Of a DNA stretch of 64,000 nt, positions 10,247 to 22,000 are shown piece after piece (the stretch's first letter is position 1; each line of letters opens with the position of its first letter). This stretch comes from Pelagomonas calceolata (lineage: Eukaryota), in contig CAKKNE010000003.1 of the NCBI GenBank assembly GCA_918797485.1, positions 3,844,001 to 3,908,000 on the forward strand, in the 5' to 3' direction. The translations under genes and the position numbers were made by a program. The notes below the pieces were generated by a model, which did no database searches, was not told where the DNA came from, and was given only the letters and a program-made list of their open reading frames with translations.

Positions 10247-10762
10247 CTAGGTCCTCCCGACGAAGCGCGGCCGCGGCGGCGGCGCTTCGCCGAGATCCGC
10301 GACCGGCTCCGCCTCCGCGGTGTCGCGCCACCGCTCGCGCGCGTCCAAGGGCACCATGCCCAGCGCGTCGTCCCATACTCGTTGAAACTCCGGCGGCGGC
10401 TGCCGCGCGCAGGCGCCGCGGTCGTGGCGACATCTAACGTACGCGAGTGCGTCCGGAGCGGGCTCCGGCGTCGGCTTCGTAGCCCCGCCGGCGACGAGCG
10501 GCGCGAGCGGCGGCGCGCCCTCGCCCTCGTCGTCGTCGTCGCCCGTGAGCCGCGTCAACAGGTTGCCCGGCGCGGCGAGGAGCGACAGCGCGACGTCGAC
10601 GATGGCCTCCCTATGGTTCACGCCCACCACAACTAAGACGCTTCCTAGGAACGCTTTTTGTTCTGGTAATAAAGGGCCGTTCAAGCGCTCGAGGTACGGC
10701 ACGACGAGCGGGGCTGCTGCGAGCGACACCAGCGCCACGCTCTCGCGCAGCGTTCGCGGCAT
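10247..10762 (-). CDS. Hypothetical small membrane protein
   Basis: ATG-initiated ORF with two hydrophobic segments and an acidic linker. Confidence 0.5.
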   Translation of the reverse strand: MPRTLRESVALVSLAAAPLVVPYLERLNGPLLPEQKAFLGSVLVVVGVNHREAIVDVALSLLAAPGNLLTRLTGDDDDEGEGAPPLAPLVAGGATKPTPEPAPDALAYVRCRHDRGACARQPPPEFQRVWDDALGMVPLDARERWRDTAEAEPVADLGEAPPPRPRFVGRT

Positions 10763-10989
10763 GGCTCAAAGTTCTAGTGGTTCACGCAGAGCAGCGACCT
10801 TGTCTAGTCCTCCTCACCCGGACCAGTACGTCTGCGAGGGCGACCTGCTTCAGACCTACTACTGGCGGCGCGGGTCGCGGCCGCACGTCCTCAACGCCGC
10901 CTGGAATTTTAGGGGTTAAGCGCAGCCTCACGCAGTCCCAGCACCGGCTTTTGGCGAGTAATCACTCGCAAAGGCCGTCTACGATTTAA

Positions 10990-11012
10990 CTAGCGTCATG
11001 TAAGACACTAGC
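10990..11012 (+). promoter_or_regulatory. CTAG-box motif copy
   Basis: CTAGCGTCATGTAAGACACTAGC; between divergent genes. Confidence 0.7.
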
Positions 11013-11214
11013 GAACCTTTGTTTTGCTGAAGCTCAGTGCTGGCACATCAGCGCTAGCAGCTTGGCGCTGTTTAACGCTTTCGACACGCCACAGCACGCC
11101 TGACCTACGAGCGCTGCGCAAGAGCGCTCAGCGAGCAGCGGTGGTTACGCCGCCTACTCGCGCACGCGCCCTGAGCCCGACGAGCGACTGCCCGCGCGGC
11201 GCACGGACGACAAT

Positions 11215-13284
11215 ATGACGCTGCGCTTTGCCCTCCTCGTAACGACCGCGGCCGCACTGCGCCCTACGCAAACGCGCGTCTCGACCACGAAAAAGCTCGA
11301 CGTCGTCGTCGTGGGAGGCGGCATCAGTGGACTAGCGACGGCGTTAGAGCTCGCGAGAAGGGGCCGTTCGGTAAGAGTCGTCAGCCGGGACCTCGCGAAG
11401 AGCGCCACGTTGGCGGCGGGCGGCATGCTCGCGCCCCAGGCGGAGCGATTGGAGGAGGGCCCCCTCCTCGACCTCTGCGTCCAGGCGCGGGAGGCGTGGC
11501 CTAGTTGGTTAGACACGCTCGACGCGCCGCGACCGACGCTGAATGCGGTCGGCGGCTTCGTCTCGCCTTCACTCACACCAGGGTCGTCGATCGAAAGCTG
11601 GCGGCCGCCGTCGAGCGCGGGACCCTCAGAATGGCTCGATGGTAACGCACTGCGGGCCATGGAGCCCTCATTAGGCAACGATGTAAGGGGCGGCTGGTGG
11701 TACCCCCTGGAGACGTGGGTCGATCCTGTACAAACGCACGAGTGTCTCTTGAAGACGTGTGAATCTGCCGGAGTTGAGGTCGTTGTGGACCAAGACGTGG
11801 CCGGTTTGGATCTAGCAAGGGACGGGTCCTGTTCTGCTTTAAGACTCAAGGACGGCTCCTTACTGGAAGCGGCGGATTATTGTGTGGCGGCCGGCGCGTG
11901 GCTGCGGGGTCTATTACCCATCCCGGTCTCGCCCCAAAAGGGCCAGATGCTCTCTTTGAAACCACCTCCATCAAACGACCGCACGGGCGCGCCCGCAAGG
12001 GTCGTGTACGGCGAGGACTGCTACATCATACCGCGCGGTGATCGGGTCGTCATTGGTGCTGACTCAGCGTGAAAGATGAACTTGAAGTTGACGTCGTCGC
12101 GTCGATGGCGTCAACGCGATGCTGCACCGCCTCGACGTCGTCGACGCGGCCGCACGAGAGTCTACGTGTCTCGCGAGGGAGCCGCGGCCGTGTCGCGACA
12201 GTGTCGTTCCCGCGCAGGCGCGACGGTTGAAAATAGTAGTACGATGCATTGTGATGTTGAGGGTGTCCACGCTTTATTGGGGCGTGCCCAAAAACTCTGC
12301 CCCGGCCTCGGACAGTGGCAATTGGATGATGCCTGGGCGGGCCTCCGGCCGACGACGACGGACGGCGCGCCGGTGCGTATCTCGGCGTCCCGTCGTGGAG
12401 AGTCACGCCATCAACTTGTGTCCATCTCACGATGACGTGGGTGGTTTCTTTTTCGATTTTGAGCCGTTTCGCAGGTCTTAGGGAGAACGCGGTGGTCGAA
12501 CCTCTGGGTCTGCGGCGGCTACTGGAGGAATGGGATTCTCCTGGCGCCGACGGCGGCGCGTTTACTGGCGGACGCGATGGATTCGTCGCTCTCGGAAAAA
12601 GACGCTCAACTACTGGATGCTTGTCGCTGGGACCGGTTCTTCGCGCCCGTTTCGTCGGAATCGTCGCGGCTGCGCGAGGGCCACGCGGGGCTCACTTCTG
12701 GGGAACCGGCGGACTTGGATCGGATCGGCTACGGCGCGATCACGGCGGGCGAGGCCGACGCCGGCGGCGCCGCGCGCGCGGCGAACCTGGAAGCGCTCTT
12801 CGGCGGCGGCGTCTCGGCGCCCGAACCGGCGCCGGCCGCGGCGCCGGCCGCGGCGCCGGCCGCGGCGCCGGCCGCGGCGGCGCCGCCGACGCTCGGCGAG
12901 GGCGGCTACGAGGCGGTTCGCGGCGTCGACGGCGCCGCGTCGCGCAAGAGCAACCTCGAGCTCCTGTTCGGCGAGAAGGCCCTCGATTTGCCGGCCGAGG
13001 ACGAGGCCCGGGCGCCCCCGTCGGAAGACGGCGCGGGCGCAGGGTTTCCGAAGGCGGCGCCGGACGAAGATGATGTTATCCTGTCGATGCGCGAGGCTTT
13101 CGCCGACGGCACGTACGGGCCGGAGCTCGTCGAGGGCGCCCTGCCGTCCGATCTATCAGGCCCGACGACGCGGGCGGACGGCATCCAGGGGCTGGTGGAC
13201 CTCCCCGCGCCGAAGGTGCCTTTGCAGGGTCAATCGGCCGCGGACGACCTCTACGCGGCGGTGGCGCGGAATAAGGGGGAGTAG
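11215..13284 (+). CDS. thiO: Glycine oxidase ThiO-like FAD oxidoreductase with presequence; exons 11215-12055, 12218-12372, 12475-13284
   Basis: VVVGGGISG, ATLAAGGMLAP, PQKGQM; splicing restores VVIGATVE and WAGLRPTTTDGAPVLG...GGYWRNGILLAP. Confidence 0.85.
12056..12217 (+). mobile_element. Introner-like intron, GYGCTGACTCAG family (162 nt)
   Basis: 5' end GTGCTGACTCAGCGTGAAAGATGAACTTGAAGTTGACG is shared with introns at 15715, 26195, 35828 and 14146. Confidence 0.75.
12373..12474 (+). other. Repetitive (introner-like) GT-AG intron
   Basis: Shares its 5' 25 nt and the TTTCGATTTTGAG motif with intron 9050-9145. Confidence 0.8.
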
Positions 13285-13408
13285 TTGTATTTCTTCGTGT
13301 CGCGACTCGCGAACCGGCGGCCCTCGAGTCGCTCGACGCCGCCCCACAGTGGCCCCCACTTGGTCCAATAGTACGTGCACGCCGCCGCCGCGACGAAGAG
13401 ACTAGTCC

Positions 13409-14718
13409 TCACTTATCCAGCGGCGGTCTTGACAAAGACCGGTCCTCGTCGACGCGCGGCGGCCTCGACGAACGACTCTTCACGCGCGCCACCAGTTGCT
13501 GCAGCCGATTCCGGTACTCGGCGGGAGCTAGTCGAGCGTCGTCCCCCACGGGCAGGCGCACGGGCCCGTTCTTATAGCTGGGTTCCTCCTCGGTCCCCTT
13601 GAACTGTTGTAACCAAGGGTCGTCCAATGCCCTTCGCGCCGTCGGCCTCCGTTGCGGATCATGGCGCAGCAGCTTCGCAACTAAGCTCTTCGCGCGACAC
13701 GCGGGCTCCTCCTCCATATATGAGAAGGACGGCTCTGCGACTAACGACAACTGCTCTTGCGTGTCCTTGCCCGGGAATATCGGCCTCCCGAGGTACATCT
13801 CCCCGATCACACAACCGACGGCCCACAGGTCCACGGCCGTGCCCCGCCGCGTCTGCAGCCGCTTGAGGAGCTCCGGCGCGCGGTACCAGCGCGTCGCGAC
13901 GCTATAGTCGTCCTCGGCATCATCAGCGACGAAGTCGACGACTGATCTACAGAGCCTGCGGGAGCGATTTCTCTTGAGCCTTACGCCATCGACGCGCGTC
14001 GTCTCCATCAGACGAGGTCGTGTGTGGTCTCTTTGTCGATTTTGAGCCGTTTCGGGGCGTTCCGCGGTCCCGAGTCCACGCCGTCGCCGCGACGCCGTCG
14101 CCGCGAAACATCAAGTTCAACTTCAATGAAGACGCCGACTCGGCGCCCGAAGTCCCCGAGCTTCATGTGCCCGTTCGAGTTCAATAATAAATTAGACGGC
14201 TTGACGTCGCGGTGGACGACGCCCGCGCTGTGCAGGTAAATCAGCGCCTTGAGGAGCTGATACGCGACGTATCTTTTGTGGACATCTTCTAATAAATTAG
14301 CTCTCACGACGCATTCCAGATCCGTCTCCATGTACTCAAAAACTAAGTACACATCATTTCCGGACTTGGACTCGATCACATGCCTCAAACTGATTATGTT
14401 CACGTGGCCTCTTAAACGTAGTAAGTATGAGGCTTCCCTGTAGGTCCTTCTCGCGTCGGAACTCGACGCGAACGCATCAAAACACTTCTTTAGAGCTACG
14501 ACGCGTCTTTTACCTCGTCGTTCCACGCCCTTCCAGACGATTCCGTACGCGCCCCGACCTAACGGTCCCGAGCACACGTCGACTCTCCTCAAAACTCTAC
14601 GGTCCACGTGTTCCAACCTCTTCCGGTCCGCGCGACTCGCTGTCGTCGACGCCGTCGACGCCCGCGAATGGGCACCGTCCGTGTTGATGGCGCGGCCGCG
14701 GCGCGCCCACTCGGCCAT
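13409..14718 (-). CDS. MAP kinase (MAPK15/ERK7-8-like) with atypical activation loop; exons 14718-14147, 13955-13409
   Basis: GRGAYGIVWK, VALKKCFDAF, HRDVKPSN, DFG|LCRS across a GC-AG intron, VATRWYRAPE. Confidence 0.85.
13956..14146 (-). mobile_element. GC-AG introner-like intron (191 nt)
   Basis: Removal restores DFGLCRS; 5' end resembles the GYGCTGACTCAG family; interior matches intron 56005-56263 in the opposite transcript orientation. Confidence 0.7.
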
Positions 14719-15196
14719 GACGAACCGCGGTTTCGCGCGTTTCGATGCGCAGCGGTCGCAGGTGTCGCTGAGCGGTGACTCGGCCGCGTCGGCGCGCCGC
14801 GGACCGCTCTCGTCACGTGAGTATCTGGCTTTTTTTCCTCGCTGCGCTGGGGCTGATCGCAGCGCAGGCGTCTCGCGGAGCGTCAGACTCGTCGGCGACC
14901 GAATTAAATGTATGAGAGGGGAGTGCGAGCGCAGTGGCTCCAATCCTGGGACGCCTGGTACGTGCTGTTATAGCACGCCCAGCAGTGAGATGAGACGTGC
15001 GCGACGACGCAAAAACCTTCCACGAAGGAGTCGTCCAGGCGACGAGACGACTCCTCCGGGACGTCTGCGGAGCTCGGAGAGAGCGGCGGGTCCCGCGGTA
15101 CGCTAGCTACGGGCGCTAGGCACAGCCGCAAAATAGCTCTGTGCCAATCGCATAAATGCCCAAACATGTCTGAGTAGCCTCGCGAAAGAAGCGTTG

Positions 15197-17092
15197 ATGT
15201 TTTGGGTCATGCTCCTCCTGGCCCGCCAAGCCAGAGGCTGGCGCGCCGCCACAGCAACACTGCGCCGCCTCACACCGCGCTGCGCGACGTTCGCACCACT
15301 CCCGGAGGACACAACAAAAGACGTCCTCGACTACTGGTTCACCGACGCCGAAGCGAGGCAGCGCTGGTTCGCCAGCACGGCCGCGTTCGACCATCAAGTG
15401 TCAGACCGCTACGCGACCACGCTATCAGCCATCAGCGACGCTGATGAAGCGGACGTAGCAACGTGGGCGGCGACGGCGCCCTTGGATGATGTCTTAGCCC
15501 ACGTGCTGCTCTGGGACCAGGTGTCGCGGCACCTGGCGCGCGTCTCCGACACCGATCCAAGCGCTCTGGGCCCGCTCGCGATGGCGGCATCAAGAGCTAC
15601 ATTAAGCAGAGCCGACGACCTGAATGCGGAGCGCCAGGCCTTTTTGCTCATGCCGCTGCGGCACAGCTTCGACCGTCGTATTCTCGAGGACGAAGTGCTC
15701 CCGCTGTCGCGGAGGTGCTGACTCAGAGCAAAATGAACTTGAACTTGACGTGGTCGCGGCGATGGCGTCCTCGCGATGCCACTTCGCGTCGATGGCGTCT
15801 TCATGATCACATGAGAGTGCACGCGTCGCGCGAATGTACACAGAGGCAGTTTCGCGACGGCGTCCGTGCCACACAGGTGGGCCAAGGATGCTCAGGACTC
15901 CGAACGAGGCGTCTGGCGCCGCTTCGACGCCGCACTATGTAGGGCTTTACTGAAACTGAAGACCAAGGACGGCCGTCCACAGGAGACAGACAAGCCGGCG
16001 AGTTGGGAACCCTTCTCTACTTTACTAGCATCGTCACCTCCGTTCCGCGCGGACGCTTTTGATGTGAAACCCGACGCCGTCGGTTCATTAGCAGCGCACA
16101 AGGCCGCCAAGAAGTTTTTACTAGAAAGACTCGAGGATAGTAACACCACAAAACTAATCTGCTCGCTGTCTGGAGGCGTCGACTCCGTCGTGCTCACGTA
16201 TTTAGTATCCCGATTGCTACGGACGACGCCCGCGCTCAAACATTTGTCGCTGGAGGCCGTGCACGTCGACTACGGGAACCGCGACACTTCGAGAGATGAA
16301 GCAGAGTTTGTACAAGCATATGCATCGTGGCTCGGCGTGCCGCTCTGGCTGCGATCTATCGATATTCTACAAAAGAGCGGCGATAATGTCGAGAGGGCGG
16401 CCTACGAAAGTGTCACGCGCGACGCGCGTTTTTGGACGTACGAAGAGGCCTGTGGGAGCGACGGCGTCGTGTTGTTAGGACACAACCGCGACGACACCTT
16501 CGAGAACCTCTTCGCCAACATCAATAGGAGGCAGCACTACGATCAGTTAAGAGGCATGACTGCTGTCAGCGAAGAGCGCGGCGTGAGGACGTGGCGTCCA
16601 CTACTCGCAATAGACAAATCTATGATTTATGACGCCGCCTCTGCTTTAAAGCTACCGCATCTCGCGGACTCGACGGACCCGGCGTGTCAAAGAGGCGTGT
16701 TTCGGGATCGCTGGCTTCCGGTCGTGCGCGACCGGCAGCCGCTCTTGTTACCTGGCTTAGAGGCGTTGGCGGACCACGTGTCGTTTCTCACGGAGGTCTG
16801 GCGCGAGAAGTGTTCAGAGTACGTCTCGACGTGCGAGCGGTTCGGTGGCGGCGCGTCGCTGCCCGTCGAAAGTTGGATGTGCGACGCGCCGTCGTCGTTC
16901 TGGGTCGACGTGTTAAGACGGCTGGAGGCGCCGCACCGGCCCTCGAACAAAGCGCTGGAGAACCTCCAGAGCTGGTTAAGGAGGCAGCGTGCGGCGCGAC
17001 GGTCGTCGACCTGCGAGCTCGGGGCTGTCATGCGCGCCGAGTACGTTCCGGACGAGGACGTGCTCCGCGTGTACTTCCTGGACGAGACTTAA
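15197..17092 (+). CDS. tilS: DUF924 - tRNA(Ile) lysidine synthase (TilS) fusion with organelle presequence; exons 15197-15714, 15877-17092
   Basis: VLDYWF...RWF...LLWDQVSR...FLLMPLRHS (DUF924), then SLSGGVDS PP-loop, HVDYGNR, R-x-ARF, GHNRDD, RPLL. Confidence 0.75.
15715..15876 (+). mobile_element. Introner-like intron, GYGCTGACTCAG family (162 nt)
   Basis: Same 5' block and same length as 12056-12217; AGGTG at both junctions; joins the two ORFs in frame. Confidence 0.8.
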
Positions 17093-17263
17093 GCGTGTTT
17101 ATTGACATAGTCTTGGCGACGCGCGGTGTCTCCAGGGGCCCCACCCACTAGTCCTACTAGTAGCACCGTGGTCGGCCACTGACTCGGAAGACATAGTCTG
17201 CTCGATGGCGTGGGGGGTCCCCTCGACGCCATCGACGCGAACAGCTCGATAACACAGATAATC

Positions 17264-18523
17264 TTACTTGTATGAGTGCCTCGACGAATCATCAAAAGTG
17301 CGCAACGTCCCGACCGTGTGTTGGCCCGGCGACGCGGAGAGCGCGTCGAGCGACGGCCCGCCCGCGAACGTGCCGACGGACTCGTCGAAGGACACGTAGG
17401 ACGCCGCGTCGTCGACGACGAGCGGTTCGAGCTTCTTTCCCCTCTTCACGGCGCCGCGCAGCTGCTCGGCCTCGGCCTTTTTCCGGGCCCGTTCCTCGGT
17501 CGCCTCGGCCCGCGACCGCGTTACCGCGTCCTTGCGCGCGCGGTCCTCGTCGCGCTTGACCCGTTGTTTTTCCGCGTCGCGGCCGGAGCGGGCGACGGCG
17601 GCCCTCCTCGCCTTCTCCTCATCAAGGCGCGCCCGGCGCGACCGCGGCGTCTCCTGGCTCACAGGGCGTTGCTTGGGCGTCTTGGCGCCTTGTTTGCGCG
17701 ACGCCGCCGCCGCACCCCGACGGGCGGGACTCAACCGCTCGACGGGCGGCTGCTCCGGCCGCGCCCGGAGCCGCTTCGTCGGACTGGGCAGCGGCGGCGC
17801 CGGCATCCACCCTCGATCCGCGTCCCAGCGGTCAAAGGCCCAGGGCCGGTTGCGGTCCATCTGCTTGTTCTGGCGCAGGTCCCGCTTTTCCTCGCGCTGC
17901 AAATACTCGTGCTCGACCAAAATCTGGGCCCGTTCGTCATGGGAGATGTGTGCTAGTTGTCGAGCTATCGCCTCTTCGTCCCTTTTAAGCAAACGTTTCC
18001 CTCCGATGGGAGGGGGCGCTCGATGCGTGATCAGCGGCAGGCAAAACGGGTTGCGCCGCCCAATATCGAAGCCGAATTGGATCGGCGGGTCTAACAGCTC
18101 AAGATCTCGCATGTCGTCCCGCAACACCAGAAGTAAGTTCTCGCCTCGGTGTAAGAAGGCCCGTTCTCCCACGGAGACGCGCCACGACCTCACCGCAGCG
18201 ACAATTGTTAATGTTATGGATCGTAGAGCTATCAGCGTCTTCAAGGCCTCAACCTTGGACCACGGCCTTCTCTCAGCCTCCGCGTCCCGGTACTCCGAGA
18301 TCTTCTGGAGTAAGGCGCTCCTTCTTACTACCAATGACACAATCTCGAGCTCGGCGTGGTCCGTCTGCTCGACAGACGTGTAGTAGACCCTTGGCTTGAT
18401 CACTCCGTATTGGACCTTCTTCGGCGGTCTGATCTTCCTCCGTTCTATGCGGAACCGGTCGCTTTTGTCGATGTATTGGACGTCGGCGTAGGGCTGCAGT
18501 AGACCACCACCAACTAGGGGCAT
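17264..18523 (-). CDS. Hypothetical protein (coiled-coil C-half); 3' end may be spliced
   Basis: ATG 18523 (MPLVGGG); protein-like composition; no family recognised. Confidence 0.6.
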   Translation of the reverse strand: MPLVGGGLLQPYADVQYIDKSDRFRIERRKIRPPKKVQYGVIKPRVYYTSVEQTDHAELEIVSLVVRRSALLQKISEYRDAEAERRPWSKVEALKTLIALRSITLTIVAAVRSWRVSVGERAFLHRGENLLLVLRDDMRDLELLDPPIQFGFDIGRRNPFCLPLITHRAPPPIGGKRLLKRDEEAIARQLAHISHDERAQILVEHEYLQREEKRDLRQNKQMDRNRPWAFDRWDADRGWMPAPPLPSPTKRLRARPEQPPVERLSPARRGAAAASRKQGAKTPKQRPVSQETPRSRRARLDEEKARRAAVARSGRDAEKQRVKRDEDRARKDAVTRSRAEATEERARKKAEAEQLRGAVKRGKKLEPLVVDDAASYVSFDESVGTFAGGPSLDALSASPGQHTVGTLRTFDDSSRHSYK

Positions 18524-18931
18524 GTTGCGGCTGCCCCACGCGCCGGCTGCGTCGCGCGGGCGTTTGCGTCGCGTTACGGCTGCCCTACGTACACACGCTG
18601 CGCTCACACGAGCCTACGCACTGCCCCGGGACGGCGTTAGCGCTGGCTTCGCGGAGGCTAGGGTGCGGGGCATCTGCGGTTGGGCATGCCTGATGGCTTT
18701 ATATGAGTCTTTCGACGAGTGTCTGGCAGACTGGACGCGTGTTGCAAGATGGGGAGATGGGGGATCGATCAAAAAGCGCCGAGCGCCTCTCGCAAATCGC
18801 ATCCAATTACGACGCGCCTAGGACCGCGCACGTTGATCACGGTACGGCAGCACTGCTGAGACACGCATTTGTTGACGCCCACCCGCGCGCGAGCGCCAAT
18901 TCTCGCCGCGTGCCGATATCCACATTGCCGC

Positions 18932-19042
18932 GCTGTGGAAGCAATCAATTTAAACTCGGAAGCCAAACCGCGCCGCAACTCAAAAAAGCTGTGGAAGCAA
19001 TCAATTTAAACTCGGAAGCCAAACCGCGCCCAACTCAAAAAA
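18932..19042. repeat. Tandem duplication, 56 + 55 bp, directly before ATG 19043
   Basis: GCTGTGGAAGCAATCAATTTAAACTCGGAAGCCAAACCGCGCC(G)CAACTCAAAAAA at 18932 and 18988, differing by one indel. Confidence 0.95.
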
Positions 19043-22000
19043 ATGTGGGGCGACGAGGAGGAGATGTTCTACGGCATCCCGAAGCGCAAGCCGGGCAAGC
19101 CCCGCAACGACGGCGCGGGCACCTTCTTCGGCGACCTTAAGGCCGCGGTGAAGAAGACGGACAGCGCCGGCGCGTTCGCGGCCTGCGGCCACGACTCGCA
19201 GCTGCCGGCGCCGCGCCTGCGCGTCGACGGCCTCGACGCGCCGCTGGCGGTACCGGTGCCGGCGTCGCAGGCGGCCGCGCTCGTGTCCATCGCCGAGCGG
19301 GCCGCGTTCGGCCGCGGCGAGGCGACGATCGTCGACGAGACGGTCCGCAAGGCCATGAAGATCCCCGGCGCGCGGTGCCGCTTCGACAACGCGGCTTGGG
19401 CGCCGGCCCTCGAACGGCTCGTGCAGAAGGCGCGGCGCGCGCTCGGCGTCGTGCCGCGGGTCCGCGCGGAGCTCCACGATTTATTAGTGTACGAGGCGGG
19501 CGGCCACTTCTCGCCCCACCGCGACTCGGAGAAGCAGCCGGGCATGTTCGGCACGCTCGTCGTGACGCTGCCGTCGGCGCATACCGGCGGCGCCCTCGAG
19601 GTGCGCCACGAGGGCGAGACCGTGCGCTTCGAGTCCGCCTACGGCGGTGACGGGCCCGCGCCGTCGCTGAGCATCAAGCAGATGAAGCAGACGATCTCGG
19701 AGGCGGGCCTGGCCGTCGCGGACTTGCTGGAGAAGCAGGACGTCGTCGCGCGCTTCGCCCAAGCCAAGGAGCGCCTCGCCGAGGCCGAGCGGCGCCGCGC
19801 GGGCCCCTTCGACGAGGCCGCGGCGACGCGCGAGGCGAAGAAGCTCAAGGTCGTCGAGCTGCGCGCCGCGCTCGAGGCCGCGGGCGCCGACACGAAGGGC
19901 CTCAAGGCCGCGCTCGTCGAGCGGCTCGTCGCCACGCAGCGCGCGGCCGCGGCCGCGGCCGCGCTGCCCCAGGCGGGCTGGTGCGCCTTCTACGCGGACT
20001 GCGAGCACGAGATCCGCACCGTCGAGTCGGGCTACCGCGTCGCGCTCACGTACAACTTGATTCACGCGGGTGGCGAGGCGCCCGTCCCGCCGCCCCAGGA
20101 CGCCGCCGCGGCGTCCCTCAAGACGCTCGCCGCGCGGTGGACCGCTGGCACCCACGACCAGCCGCCCGACAAGGTCTGCCACTTCCTCAAGCACTCGTAC
20201 ACGAAGCCGGCCCTCGAGGGCGGCGGCTGGCACGCGCTCAAGGGCGAGGACGCGGCGCTCGCCGAGGCCCTGCACGGCTCCGGGGCCTACGACGTCTTCG
20301 CCTGCACCGTCGAGCAGGAGGAGCACGGGTGCGCCGCGTCCGAGGAGATCGGCGACCTCGAGACGACCTACGGCGTCTGGGCGACGCCCGCGGCCGCCGC
20401 CGTGCCCGACGCCGTCAGGAAGCTGCTGCCGAAGCTCCGCTTCGACGAGGCCGAGTACACGGACAAGAACTACTTCTGCAAGATCAAGGCGTACCAGGAG
20501 GACGGGGGCTTCGACACGGGCAACGAGGGCGCGCCGTACTCGAAGTGGTACAAGGCCACGGCGCTCGTCTTCTGGCCCAAGGCGCGCCGCGTCCGTGGCC
20601 CGGTGTCTTTCTGTCCTACCGTGACGGCGTGAAACCGTCGAGTCCCGCGCAGGTGCCCATGCTCGGCCTCGGCGCGTCGCTCCGGCTCCTCGACGCGGCG
20701 ATCAAGGGCGACGCGGCCGCGCACGCGGGCTACGAGAGCGCCGGCGCCATGGCCGCGGCCTGCGCCGCGCTCGCGACCGCGAAGCGAACCGCGGGCAAGG
20801 GCCTCGCGGAGGTCGTCTGCTGCCTGGCGCGCGACGGCGTGCCCGCCGCCGTCCTCGTCGACTTCGTCGGCGACTCGCTCGAGCTCGCGCGCCTCGTCCA
20901 ACGAAAGGAAGGCTATTATTCAAGCGTCAGCACGGACGCGAGCTGGAACGGGGCCACGGTCGCGAACGCGCTCTGCGCCGGGCGCGATCGCCTCCTGGCC
21001 GACCACAGCACGACGGTGAACGCGCTGCAGTTGCCGCCCGGCGCGAGTGTCTGTTTGGCGCAGTTCGGCCATTCGCACACGCAGTTCGAGGCCGCGTTCA
21101 CGAAGGCGATGCGCCGCGCGGCGACGACGTCGGAGGCTGGCGCGTTCGCCGCCTTCCGGATCCTGCGCGCCCTCGCCGACACCACGAGCTCGTACACGGG
21201 CGAATCGGCGGCGCGCCTCGTCGACGTGGTCGGCGACGTCCTCGTGCAGGCGCTCGCGGTGACGTTTCCGCTGCGCCAAATTACGGTACCGGCCTACTAC
21301 CGCAACGACGCCGCGCGGGCCGCCACCTACGTCACGGAAGAGACGGAGAAAGCACGCAAGGAGGCCAAGGACGCCGCGGCCGTGACGCTCACGGCCGCGC
21401 TATCGGCGCTCGCGGTCCCCGGCGCTACGACGGCGCGCTGCCTCGCGGCGGCGGCGCCGGTCGTCTGCGCGAACGCGGCCCGCTTCGACGGCATCGTCGC
21501 CGTGCCCGCGGCCGTGGCACCGCTCCTCGGCGGCGCCCGGCGCAACGTGCTCGAGCCGGCGGCGGTCTCGGCCCTCGAGGCGATCGCGGCCGCGGCGGCC
21601 ACGGCAACGGCGCCGGCCGGGGCGTTAACCGGGGAAGAGAAATGGACGCGAGGCGATGCGCCGGGTCAGGAGAAGGTCGAGTCCATGCTCATTACTCTCG
21701 CCGCGACCGGCGGCGCGGGGCGCCGGGCCGCCTTGTTCGACGAGGAAGACGCCTGGACCGTCGTCCGGGCGGCGTCGTCGGTCCTCTCGGGTGGGCTCTC
21801 CAACGCCGTGTATGATCGTACTGGCCGCGGCCAGTACAGCTCGAAGACGCTGGCGAAGGTCGTTAACGACGACCTGTCGCTGCCGCGCGTCCTCCTCGCG
21901 GCGATGGCGCGCGTGCCGACCGTCACGGCCGAGCGCTGGTCGCGGTCGCCCGTGCTCGAATTACCGCGCGACGCGCTCGCGGCCGCGTTCACCGCGCTCC

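Noticed and set aside
12829..12888. 12-bp GCGCCGGCCGCG tandem repeat
   Set aside because: Encodes a low-complexity PAAA linker in the ThiO tail.
17150..17270. Hairpin-like CGATGGCGT...ACGCCATCG and a GTAAG donor at the end of the 17264 ORF
   Set aside because: Probably another introner-like intron, but the acceptor and final exon cannot be fixed from sequence alone.
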